Shown piece by piece: positions 20,238-27,194 of a stretch of DNA of 32,000 nt. The notes below the pieces were generated by a model. That model saw nothing but the letters and a program-made list of their open reading frames with translations. It was not told the DNA's origin and made no database searches. Origin of the DNA: Planctopirus limnophila DSM 3776. GTDB lineage: Bacteria > Planctomycetota > Planctomycetia > Planctomycetales > Planctomycetaceae. Location of the stretch: contig NC_014148.1 in NCBI RefSeq assembly GCF_000092105.1, forward strand, positions 2,490,001-2,522,000, in the 5' to 3' direction. Made by a program: the position numbers and the translations under genes. Position 1 is the first letter of the stretch. Every line of letters starts with the position of its first letter.

Positions 20238-20680
20238 AATCTGTATAGACTGCACAAGGGGCGGCATTCTCTTCTCACCGCTCGGGAGTGCTCAACCCTG
20301 TTGCACAGCAGCCCGCTTTTTAGGCACAATCAGGTGCGAAACTTTCTGCCTCCTGATTGGTTCAAGATTTTGGCGTTTCAAAGCAGAAACATTGCCAGCG
20401 AGATCGCCTCAACACCAATCTCCAAAATCGAATGCCTTTTCGATGCGCAGATGTTGCGTACGAGATCATGAAAATAAAAAACTTACAAAAAAGGATGTAC
20501 CTTCCGTGAAATTTTTGGAAGATTAGCGATTTGCCGTTCATCAATATCAGGTGTTACTTGGTTCGAGTCCCTGGTGACGTCATCCCATCCATGGCATCTT
20601 TTCAGCGGGATGCCATCTGTCATTGCAACTCGCAGCCATGCGGAGAGTTGAGATCAGCCCCTTGAGTTCGAAGGGATTTC

Positions 20681-21724
20681 ATGACAGCGTTTGCCCGCAC
20701 AATTCTCTGGATACTGGCTTTTGGTGGCTTATGTGTTGTCGCGGGATCTTCTGCTCAGTGGTGGGAAAAGAACGTCCGGCTGGTGGGAGCTGAGGACTTA
20801 GAACCACAACGGTTTTTCTCTCTCGAAGTTTCTCCAACCACTCCTCCATCTCTTCCTGCACAGAAACGAGTAACTGTCACCTATTGCGAAAGATCCACGG
20901 GATCTCTTCTGGCCGATATTCACGTTCCCACTCGGCTACAGTGCCCTTCGACAGGCTGGCCAGTGATCATTTCATTTCACAGTGGCGGTTGGCGGAATGG
21001 TCATCGCGGGCATGCTCCAATTTCAGAGCTTGTTGATCGCGGTTTTGCTGTCGTATCACACGACTTCCGCAGCTCGGATGTCGCGATTTTCCCGGCTCAG
21101 CTTGAGGACAGCATCGCACTGTTAAAATGGCTGGAAGAACATGCCGGCGAACACCAACTCGATCATCAACGGATTGCCTTATTCGGTGCTTCCTCTGGTG
21201 GACATCTGGCTTTGCTCACCGGTCTTTGCCCCGAAGTTTCGTCTCAGGTTCAGGCCGTTTGCTCACTTTACGCACCGACCGATTTTCAATCCCTGGAATC
21301 TGGTGCAGGTTCTCAGGATGAAATGAATCACTTTGCGTTATGGGCACCCGAATCTCTGCTGCTCGGCGGGCCAATTCCTGAACATCCGGCGGAAGCCCAG
21401 TCAGCCAGTCCCTTGTGGCAAGCTGCACAGATCAAAAAATCGCCACCCATTATGCTGATGCACGGAGTGGATGACGATCAGATTCCGTTTGAACAATCGC
21501 TGAGTTTGAGTCGGTTGCTGCAGGAGAAGCATCAACAGGTCACTTTATGGAAAATTCGATCTTTGCCTCATGGCACCTGGCCGACCAGTCGCATCCAGTC
21601 AGGTGTCTTGAAGTTTTTCTCAAAGCATCTGGGAGTGACGACGAAGTTGGATCAACAGCCACAAATCGCCAGGTATCGTGCGATCATCAATGAGCCAAGT
21701 CTCCCCTACGTCCCCATACGCTAG
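20681..21724 (+). CDS. Exported alpha/beta hydrolase (Aes/BD-FAE-like esterase)
   Basis: N-terminal hydrophobic signal or anchor (ILWILAFGGLCVVAGSSAQ), oxyanion-hole box FHSGGW, nucleophile elbow GASSGGHLA, acid and His region MHGVDDDQIPF ... LPHG. AAGGGA lies upstream of the ATG. Confidence 0.8.
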   Translation: MTAFARTILWILAFGGLCVVAGSSAQWWEKNVRLVGAEDLEPQRFFSLEVSPTTPPSLPAQKRVTVTYCERSTGSLLADIHVPTRLQCPSTGWPVIISFHSGGWRNGHRGHAPISELVDRGFAVVSHDFRSSDVAIFPAQLEDSIALLKWLEEHAGEHQLDHQRIALFGASSGGHLALLTGLCPEVSSQVQAVCSLYAPTDFQSLESGAGSQDEMNHFALWAPESLLLGGPIPEHPAEAQSASPLWQAAQIKKSPPIMLMHGVDDDQIPFEQSLSLSRLLQEKHQQVTLWKIRSLPHGTWPTSRIQSGVLKFFSKHLGVTTKLDQQPQIARYRAIINEPSLPYVPIR

Positions 21725-21936
21725 TACTTTCCTGACGAGTCATCTGAGTGCAGAGTTTATGCTGCACACAAACATACCACTTGACTGAATGACCTTATCA
21801 AACCCCTCACACAGACTGCTGAATAAAACTCAATTCTTCGAAATCACAACCGTGTTTATCTATCCTTTTCAAGACGCCGCTAACGTGGGATGATCGAAGC
21901 CGCTTCGAACTGACAATTCTCCCATTGGCTGAATCT

Positions 21937-22380
21937 ATGCATAGCTGGCTTTATCTTCTGGCGGTCATCGCGGGGGCTGCAACTGCCGTTCAAGCAGCAG
22001 TCAACACACAATTAAAGGGGCATGTTCCTGTTCCAATGCAGGCCACGCTCATCTCATTTTCCACAGGTGCAGTCGTGTCGCTCTTGTACTGCCTGTTGAC
22101 ACGTGCTCCGACACCTGACTGGTCGAGGCTTTCCCAAGCCCCCTGGTGGGCCTGGACCGGTGGTACTCTGGGCACTTTGTTTGTGTGGTCGAGTATGACA
22201 GTCGCACCTCGACTGGGAATTGCCCAGATGGTTACGATCGTCCTCTTCGGCCAGATGCTGACGGCGTTACTTGTCGATCATTTCGGCCTTCTCGGAATGC
22301 AGGCGATTCCTTTGAGTTTCACTCGCATCCTGGGAGCTATTTTCGTCCTGTCTGGCATGGCGCTCTTCACCTGGCGTTGA
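21937..22380 (+). CDS. DMT-superfamily small membrane protein (DUF606/YdcZ-like)
   Basis: About 147 aa with 4-5 hydrophobic helices (WLYLLAVIAGAATAVQAAVNTQL ... ILGAIFVLSGMALF), typical of YdcZ-type half transporters. ORF TTG 21925 trimmed to ATG 21937. Confidence 0.7.
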   Translation: MHSWLYLLAVIAGAATAVQAAVNTQLKGHVPVPMQATLISFSTGAVVSLLYCLLTRAPTPDWSRLSQAPWWAWTGGTLGTLFVWSSMTVAPRLGIAQMVTIVLFGQMLTALLVDHFGLLGMQAIPLSFTRILGAIFVLSGMALFTWR

Positions 22381-22415
22381 TCCCGTCCCATCCTCAAGTC
22401 AAAGATCGCATTCAA

Positions 22416-23375
22416 ATGAACAACTTCAAGACGCGCAACATGACGCAATTCCAACCCGGAATTCTGGCATTCATCAAATCGAACGTGACTCTGGCTTTGC
22501 TCATTGGAAGTCTTATTCTCAGTCCGATTTCAGTCATGGCCGGTGGGATTGATGATCAACCTCGAATCATTCTCTGGCCTGATGGAGCACCTGAGGCCAA
22601 AGCCGGCGCTCCTGCCGACATCCCCTACTTATCCATTTACAAAGCCGATCCCTCCAAAGCGACTCGATGTGCCATTGTCGTCTGTCCTGGCGGTGGTTAT
22701 GGCGGGCTCGCCAAATCCCACGAAGGCCACGAAATTGGCCAGTGGCTGAATGAACTGGGAATCAGTGCTTACGTTCTCACCTACAGACACGCCCCGGCTT
22801 ACAAGGATCCTGTCCCACGTCTGGATGTCCAGAGAGCGATTCGTCTTGTTCGATCTCTGCACTCTCCACAAGCTGGGATGCACGATGCCGATAAAGTGGG
22901 TGTGCTGGGTTTTTCTGCCGGTGGACATCTGGCATCGACCGCTGCCACCCAGTTTGATCTGGGGCTATTGGATTCATCGGATACGATTGACCGGTTAAGT
23001 TCACGGCCTGATTTTGCGATTCTGTGCTATCCCGTCATTTCCATGGAACAGGGCGTGACTCATGCCGGTTCGCGAAGAAATCTCCTGGGCGAAACTCCTG
23101 CCGATGAAGATGTGCTCCGGATGTCCAACGACTTGCGCGTCACTTCACAGACACCACCGACCTTCCTCTGGCATACTCAAGAGGATGCAGCAGTTCTTCC
23201 TGAAAACAGCCTGCGATTCTACTCCGCGATGGTGAAACACCGCGTTCCTGGCGAACTTCACATTTTCCAGAAAGGCCGCCATGGGATTGGCCTCGGGAAG
23301 GGGCAGGGAACCGCTGCCGCTTGGCCAGAACTTTGCGCCAACTGGCTGAATTCATTGGGAATGCTCAAAAAGTGA
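22416..23375 (+). CDS. Exported alpha/beta hydrolase (acetyl esterase / BD-FAE-like)
   Basis: ORF 22146..23375 trimmed to ATG 22416 (MNNFKTRN...LALLIGSLILSPISVMAGG signal). CPGGGYGG box, nucleophile elbow GFSAGGHLA, WHTQEDAAV, GRHGIGLG. Confidence 0.8.
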   Translation: MNNFKTRNMTQFQPGILAFIKSNVTLALLIGSLILSPISVMAGGIDDQPRIILWPDGAPEAKAGAPADIPYLSIYKADPSKATRCAIVVCPGGGYGGLAKSHEGHEIGQWLNELGISAYVLTYRHAPAYKDPVPRLDVQRAIRLVRSLHSPQAGMHDADKVGVLGFSAGGHLASTAATQFDLGLLDSSDTIDRLSSRPDFAILCYPVISMEQGVTHAGSRRNLLGETPADEDVLRMSNDLRVTSQTPPTFLWHTQEDAAVLPENSLRFYSAMVKHRVPGELHIFQKGRHGIGLGKGQGTAAAWPELCANWLNSLGMLKK

Positions 23376-23391
23376 TTGCCGCATTCACCAT

Positions 23392-23419
23392 CTTTGCCTC
23401 GAACACGTTCGAGGCAAAG
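23392..23419. terminator. Palindromic stem-loop between convergent genes
   Basis: CTTTGCCTCGAAC (23392-23404) / GTTCGAGGCAAAG (23407-23419), 13-nt perfect arms. It starts 17 nt after the stop at 23375. No clear U-tract. Confidence 0.4.
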
Positions 23420-23448
23420 CAATCTCACTCAGCAGAAATCATATTCTG

Positions 23449-23485
23449 ACAGTGGACTGACGAAAATGCTTTGTCAGTCCACTGT
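23449..23485. terminator. Stem-loop terminator shared by convergent hydrolase (+) and folP (-)
   Basis: ACAGTGGACTGAC (23449-23461) / GTCAGTCCACTGT (23473-23485) with an 11-nt loop. It is followed on the plus strand by TTCATTTCACTTTTA and lies 13 nt beyond the folP stop. Confidence 0.6.
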
Positions 23486-23497
23486 TTCATTTCACTT

Positions 23498-24373
23498 TTA
23501 CTGAAGCGGTTGTTCTGGATCGATGTTCAAAGCCACGGCACTGTAAGCCAGCAGGCTATCCCTATGTGCAGCCACATCATGGATCCTGAGAAAATCGACT
23601 CCCAATTGTGCCAGAGCCAGACTGACACCTAACGTTCCGTATTCTCTTTCGTTGACATCACGCCCGGTAAGTTGCTTAAGAAACCTTTTCCGAGAATGAC
23701 CAACGAGCAACGGTCGCCCCAGTTTTTGAAAGTGCGGTATGGCTCGCAATAGCGAGAGATTATGTGCCGCCGTTTTGCCAAACCCGATTCCGGGGTCAAG
23801 ACAGATCGATTCGGCTGAAATCCCGCCGTCGATTAACTGGTTGATTCTTCGCTCAAAAAAATCAAACACCTCCTGCACAACATCTGTGTAGACCGGATTG
23901 TGCTGCATGGTTTGCGGAGTGCCTTGAATGTGATTGATGATCACGCCGGCCTTGTAGTCGCGAGCGACGGCCACCATCTCCACATCAAACGTTAACCCGG
24001 AAATATCGTTGATGATATTGGCACCAACCTCCAGGGCTTTCCTGGCCACCTGAGCTTTGGTCGTATCAACGGAAATTGCTTGCCGGGAATGCTTTCGGAC
24101 TTCGCGAATCACAGGAATGACGCGTCTGATCTCCTCGTCCGCGGCGACGGGTAATGAACCGGGGCGTGTCGATTCGCCACCGATATCCAGTATCTCCGCA
24201 CCATGACTGGCGAGATCAAGAGCCTGCTGAACAGCAGCGTCTGTCGAGAAAAACGCTCCTCCATCAGAAAAACTGTCGGGAGTGACATTCACAATTCCCA
24301 TCAGTCGAGGCTGACGACTTTTCTCGAAGGTGTGCTCGCAACAACACCATCGCACGTCAGAAGAAGTGTACAT
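23498..24373 (-). CDS. folP: Dihydropteroate synthase
   Basis: GIVNVTPDSFSDGG, DIGGESTRPG, ISVDT, INDISG and DPGIGFGKT motifs. Candidate starts are GTG 24388, ATG 24379 and ATG 24373. GAGGA sits 8 nt before 24373, which I chose. Confidence 0.9.
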   Translation of the reverse strand: MYTSSDVRWCCCEHTFEKSRQPRLMGIVNVTPDSFSDGGAFFSTDAAVQQALDLASHGAEILDIGGESTRPGSLPVAADEEIRRVIPVIREVRKHSRQAISVDTTKAQVARKALEVGANIINDISGLTFDVEMVAVARDYKAGVIINHIQGTPQTMQHNPVYTDVVQEVFDFFERRINQLIDGGISAESICLDPGIGFGKTAAHNLSLLRAIPHFQKLGRPLLVGHSRKRFLKQLTGRDVNEREYGTLGVSLALAQLGVDFLRIHDVAAHRDSLLAYSAVALNIDPEQPLQ

Positions 24374-24617
24374 ATCCATCGTCCTCACGATTTAGGCGGG
24401 CGTGAGAGGGCCATCAACTCTCAGCACACATCTTATCATAACAGCCTATTTTCCAAAGACTTACGATATTCTCTGACAAATAACAAATCATCTCGGAAGA
24501 TCGTTTCTCTGGCCCCACTGCTCTCCACAATAAAATTGTCATCAACGGCACGACAATATCATCCCAGACAATGTGTACCTCCCATTCATCCTAAACGTGT
24601 TTTTCGGTTCATTTCAT

Positions 24618-24645
24618 TTGACATCCGTATCCTTCCCGCTATCCT
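24618..24645 (+). promoter_or_regulatory. Candidate sigma-70-type promoter for the Cys/Ala/Pro-repeat gene
   Basis: TTGACA (24618-24623), a 16-nt spacer, then TATCCT (24640-24645), inside an AT-rich 437-nt divergent intergenic region. It would give a leader of about 160 nt. Planctomycete promoter rules are poorly known. Confidence 0.25.
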
Positions 24646-24810
24646 GCTTTGGCGTAACCGGAAGAGTTATCCAAAGTTACTCAATGTCAAAATGTTTCGC
24701 TCGAAAAGTCATTGATTGGCAGATTTTGCTGATCGACGAGCGAGTCACCAGGGGGGTCGGGGCTGTCTGCACCGACAAATCTCGTTCAACGTCTGAGGAG
24801 GTCTGTGAAG

Positions 24811-25443
24811 ATGGCTGGTATGTTCAAGTCTATGGCGGCTGCTGCCGTCGCTGTTGTCCTGTGTTGTGCAAGCGCTGCCGACGCCGGTCTGTTCCGTCGT
24901 TCAAGCGATTGCTGTGCTCCAGCTCCTAGCTGCGCCGCACCTGCACCAAGCTGTGCAGCTCCTGTTGCCTGTGCACCTAGCTGCGCTGCTCCAGTTGCTT
25001 GTGCTCCTGCTTGCGAACCAACCCCTTGCTGCAAAGTGAAGAAGGTTCGTTGCAAGAAGAAGCGTTCCAGCTGCTGCCCAAGCGAATGTGCACCAAGCTG
25101 TGCAGCTCCTAGCTGCGCCGCTCCAGTCGCCTGTGCTCCTACATGTGCCGCTCCTGCTCCAGCTGCTTGTGCACCAGCACCAGTCGCTTGTGCTCCAGCT
25201 GCTCCAACATGTGCTGCACCAGCTCCTGCCGCCTGTGCACCAGCTCCATGTGCTCCAACATGTGCAGCTCCTGCTGTTGCATGTGCACCTGCCGCTGCTC
25301 CATGTGCTCCAGTAGCACCATGTGCCCCAGTGGCTCCATGTGCTCCAACATGTGCTGCACCAGCAGCACCTGTCGAAGCTGCTCCAGCCGCCCCTGTTGC
25401 TCCAGCTCCTCCAGCCGAAGCACCAGCACCAGCTGCTAACTAA
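24811..25443 (+). CDS. Secreted Cys/Ala/Pro-repeat protein of unknown family
   Basis: GAGGAGG (24795-24801) lies 9 nt before ATG 24811. Signal peptide MAGMFKSMAAAAVAVVLCCASAADA. The rest is CAP and (S/T)CAAP repeats with 29 Cys, split by CCKVKKVRCKKKRSSCC, and ends in a Cys-free Ala/Pro tail. A canonical terminator lies 55 nt downstream. All other frames here are low-complexity shadows. Confidence 0.8.
   Translation: MAGMFKSMAAAAVAVVLCCASAADAGLFRRSSDCCAPAPSCAAPAPSCAAPVACAPSCAAPVACAPACEPTPCCKVKKVRCKKKRSSCCPSECAPSCAAPSCAAPVACAPTCAAPAPAACAPAPVACAPAAPTCAAPAPAACAPAPCAPTCAAPAVACAPAAAPCAPVAPCAPVAPCAPTCAAPAAPVEAAPAAPVAPAPPAEAPAPAAN
24910..25440 (+). repeat. Degenerate in-frame short repeats (coding low complexity: TGY-GCN-(GCN)-CCW units)
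   Basis: ACATGTGC(N)GC recurs at about 25141, 25207, 25258 and 25345, with many TGTGC(T/A)CC(A/T) units. The units are conserved as peptides but differ at synonymous positions. Confidence 0.8.
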
Positions 25444-25498
25444 ATTTGTGCTGGTTGGTTGATCTGCAAAGATCGCCAATTCACATGAATTCGTAATC

Positions 25499-25534
25499 GA
25501 GTGGGGAGTCTCAATGGCTCCCCACTCTTTTTTT
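25499..25534 (+). terminator. Rho-independent terminator of the Cys/Ala/Pro-repeat gene
   Basis: GAGTGGGGAG (25499-25508) / CTCCCCACTC (25518-25527), GC-rich 10-bp stem with a 9-nt loop, followed by TTTTTTT (25528-25534). Confidence 0.85.
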
Positions 25535-25795
25535 ATGCCAGCAACGACCCCGAAGCATGAGACGCAACGACGTGTGTTGCGGCAGTGAATGACGAATCTC
25601 AGTTCAGTTTCACTGTTGAAAACGAACAAGATCTGATTGCCCAAAGCAGCGTCAAGTTCGGCCCACAATACTCTCGATCAGATGAGAGCGAGTCTGTTGG
25701 ATAACTCACTTCGCCAACCCGCACGAGAACTTTCGGTCCGCGAAATCTTGATTGCTGCCAATTCAGTCACTCGACTTCTCTTGGCAAAAGCCGCA

Positions 25796-26047
25796 TCAAT
25801 GCGATTCTTTTCCAGATTCTGCCAGAAACCGCTGAAGATCGGCCTCGCCTGCGACGATCGTCCGGCAAAACCCCGTCGGCGTTCGATCATACCGGATCTG
25901 AGCTACCTCAGAAGCATGGGAATGTAACCAGGAGATGAACTCAGACCTGGCAGCATCGCTGGATGAAGCGGTCTCATGACTCATCACCGTGCGGATTTCT
26001 GTGACGAGAGTATCCAGTCGGCTGTCAAAGCCATTCGGACTAGGCAT
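25796..26047 (-). CDS. Hypothetical small protein, possibly translationally coupled to bioB
   Basis: 83-codon ORF whose ATG (26047) overlaps the bioB stop by 8 nt (ATGCCTAG). Codon usage resembles its neighbours. No motif I recognise. A second ORF in another frame (25678..25890) overlaps its 3' end. Confidence 0.35.
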   Translation of the reverse strand: MPSPNGFDSRLDTLVTEIRTVMSHETASSSDAARSEFISWLHSHASEVAQIRYDRTPTGFCRTIVAGEADLQRFLAESGKESH

Positions 26048-27194
26048 GACAACCTGCCGCTGTTTTCTCAGGGGTTACACAGGTCGAAGTTCCCTCGCAG
26101 CAATTGGTTTGGGGCTGACTTTCCTGAACTGCCTTCCATGCGAGAAAAGAGTCATGATCACCGATCACGACTTCCATCCCCAGGTCGGCTACCATCTTGA
26201 AATCATCTTCAGCCGGCTGCCCTTTAGTCGTGAGATAGTCGCTGACGAACATACTGTTGGCAGCATACAGGCTCATCGCCTGCATCGACCTCAGATTCAC
26301 TTCACGTCCGCCGGAAACTCTCAGTTCCACAGCCGGATTGGCAAAGCGGAACAGACACAAAGCTCTCAAGCACTGGCGGGGATTCAATTCCTGCCGAGCT
26401 TCGAGAGGAGTACCATCGATGGCATGCAGAAAATTGACCGGGGTCGATTCCACACCCAGTTCCCGCAATTCAAAAGCGACATCAACCAGATCGTTCTGGG
26501 TTTCACCCATGCCCACAATCAGGCCACTGCATAGCTCCATACCGGCTTCACGAACCACCTTCAGTGTTTCCAGCCTGTCATCATAGGTATGAGTCGTGCA
26601 GATCTTGTCGTAAAACTCGCGACCTGTGTTCAGGTTATGGTTGATCCGATCAACCCCGGCTTCTGCTAATGTTTTGGCCTGATCGGGCGATAACAGACCC
26701 AGGCAGCAGCAGATATGCAGTCCATAGGTCTCTTTGATTTTCTTGACAACGCTGGCGACATGCCCTACTTCTCGGTTGGAAGGGCCGCGTCCTGAAGCCA
26801 CGATGCAATAGGTTCGGGCCTTGGCTTCGACAGCTCGCGCTGCTCCTTCCATGAGCTTGGCTTCATTCAGCATGGCATACTTAGGAATTTCAGTTTCGGC
26901 AATCTTGGATTGAGAGCAGTAACCACAATCCTCTGGGCAGAGACCACTCTTGGCATTTTTCAGGAAGTAAAGCTGAACTTTATTCCCGAAATACTTACGC
27001 CGCACTTTGTAAGCAGCTGCCAGCAGATCCACGATCTCATCGTCTTCTGAATCCAGAATGGCTAGAGCTTCCTCACGGGTCAGCACGTGCCCGCCCATCA
27101 CTTTGTCAGCAAGATCACTCCAGCAAATCTTTGTGGAGCAGTTTTCTTTCGAAGACCCAGTTGCAGACATGGAAACACTCTCGACAGCGGACAT
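26040..27194 (-). CDS. bioB: Biotin synthase
   Basis: Radical-SAM CPEDCGYCSQS (CxxxCxxC), INHNLNTGREFY, TYDDRLETLKVVREAGMELCSGLIVGMGET. Start uncertain among GTG 27233, ATG 27194 and ATG 27170. Unusual Cys-rich C-terminal tail (NCCEGTSTCVTPEKTAAGCHA). Confidence 0.9.
   Translation of the reverse strand: MSAVESVSMSATGSSKENCSTKICWSDLADKVMGGHVLTREEALAILDSEDDEIVDLLAAAYKVRRKYFGNKVQLYFLKNAKSGLCPEDCGYCSQSKIAETEIPKYAMLNEAKLMEGAARAVEAKARTYCIVASGRGPSNREVGHVASVVKKIKETYGLHICCCLGLLSPDQAKTLAEAGVDRINHNLNTGREFYDKICTTHTYDDRLETLKVVREAGMELCSGLIVGMGETQNDLVDVAFELRELGVESTPVNFLHAIDGTPLEARQELNPRQCLRALCLFRFANPAVELRVSGGREVNLRSMQAMSLYAANSMFVSDYLTTKGQPAEDDFKMVADLGMEVVIGDHDSFLAWKAVQESQPQTNCCEGTSTCVTPEKTAAGCHA

Noticed and set aside
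19104-20471. 455-codon plus-strand ORF antisense to glnN. Similar long antisense ORFs occur at 30798..31877 (vs pilT), 6113..6994 (vs the PAS-GAF-REC gene), 9557..10117 (vs the sigma-54 regulator) and 3478..3921 (vs cheB).
   Set aside because: I checked four of them (vs glnN, pilT, the PAS-GAF-REC gene and the sigma-54 regulator). Each lies in the antisense frame exactly codon-aligned with a gene that has strong motif support. In that frame, stops arise only from sense TTA, CTA or TCA codons, which these genes avoid. The translations are low-information and have no RBS. They are shadow ORFs.
20493-20587. Second tRNA-like fragment with GGTTCGAGTCC T-loop sequence in the glnN/hydrolase intergenic region.
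   Set aside because: The flanking T-stem bases do not pair (CTTGG versus CCCTG). The acceptor would have only 5 pairs. There is no credible anticodon or D arm. At most it is a decayed remnant.
20157-20680. ORFs in the 524-nt region upstream of glnN (20188..20526 plus, 20362..20544 minus, and the N-terminal extension of glnN to 20267).
   Set aside because: The sequences are arbitrary and Cys/Arg/Phe-rich, with no RBS. The GSIII N-terminus aligns from MSGSQARQQ (20156), which has a good AGAGGA RBS.
24716-24730. Sigma-54-looking TTGGCAGATTTTGCT upstream of the Cys/Ala/Pro gene; an almost identical TTGGCAGATTTCGC lies inside cheR at 4619.
   Set aside because: The GG-to-GC register is 10 nt instead of the invariant 12, which is incompatible with sigma-54 binding as established. 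It is kept only as part of the recurrent-motif observation.
24786-25668. Several overlapping ORFs in other frames and strands across the Cys/Ala/Pro gene (for example 24901..25668 minus, 25088..25315, 25143..25439).
   Set aside because: They are products of the GCN/CCN/TGY low-complexity DNA. Only the 24811 frame has a signal peptide, a strong RBS and a terminator. The others are Leu/Gln/His- or Trp/Ser/Cys-rich nonsense without starts in good context.
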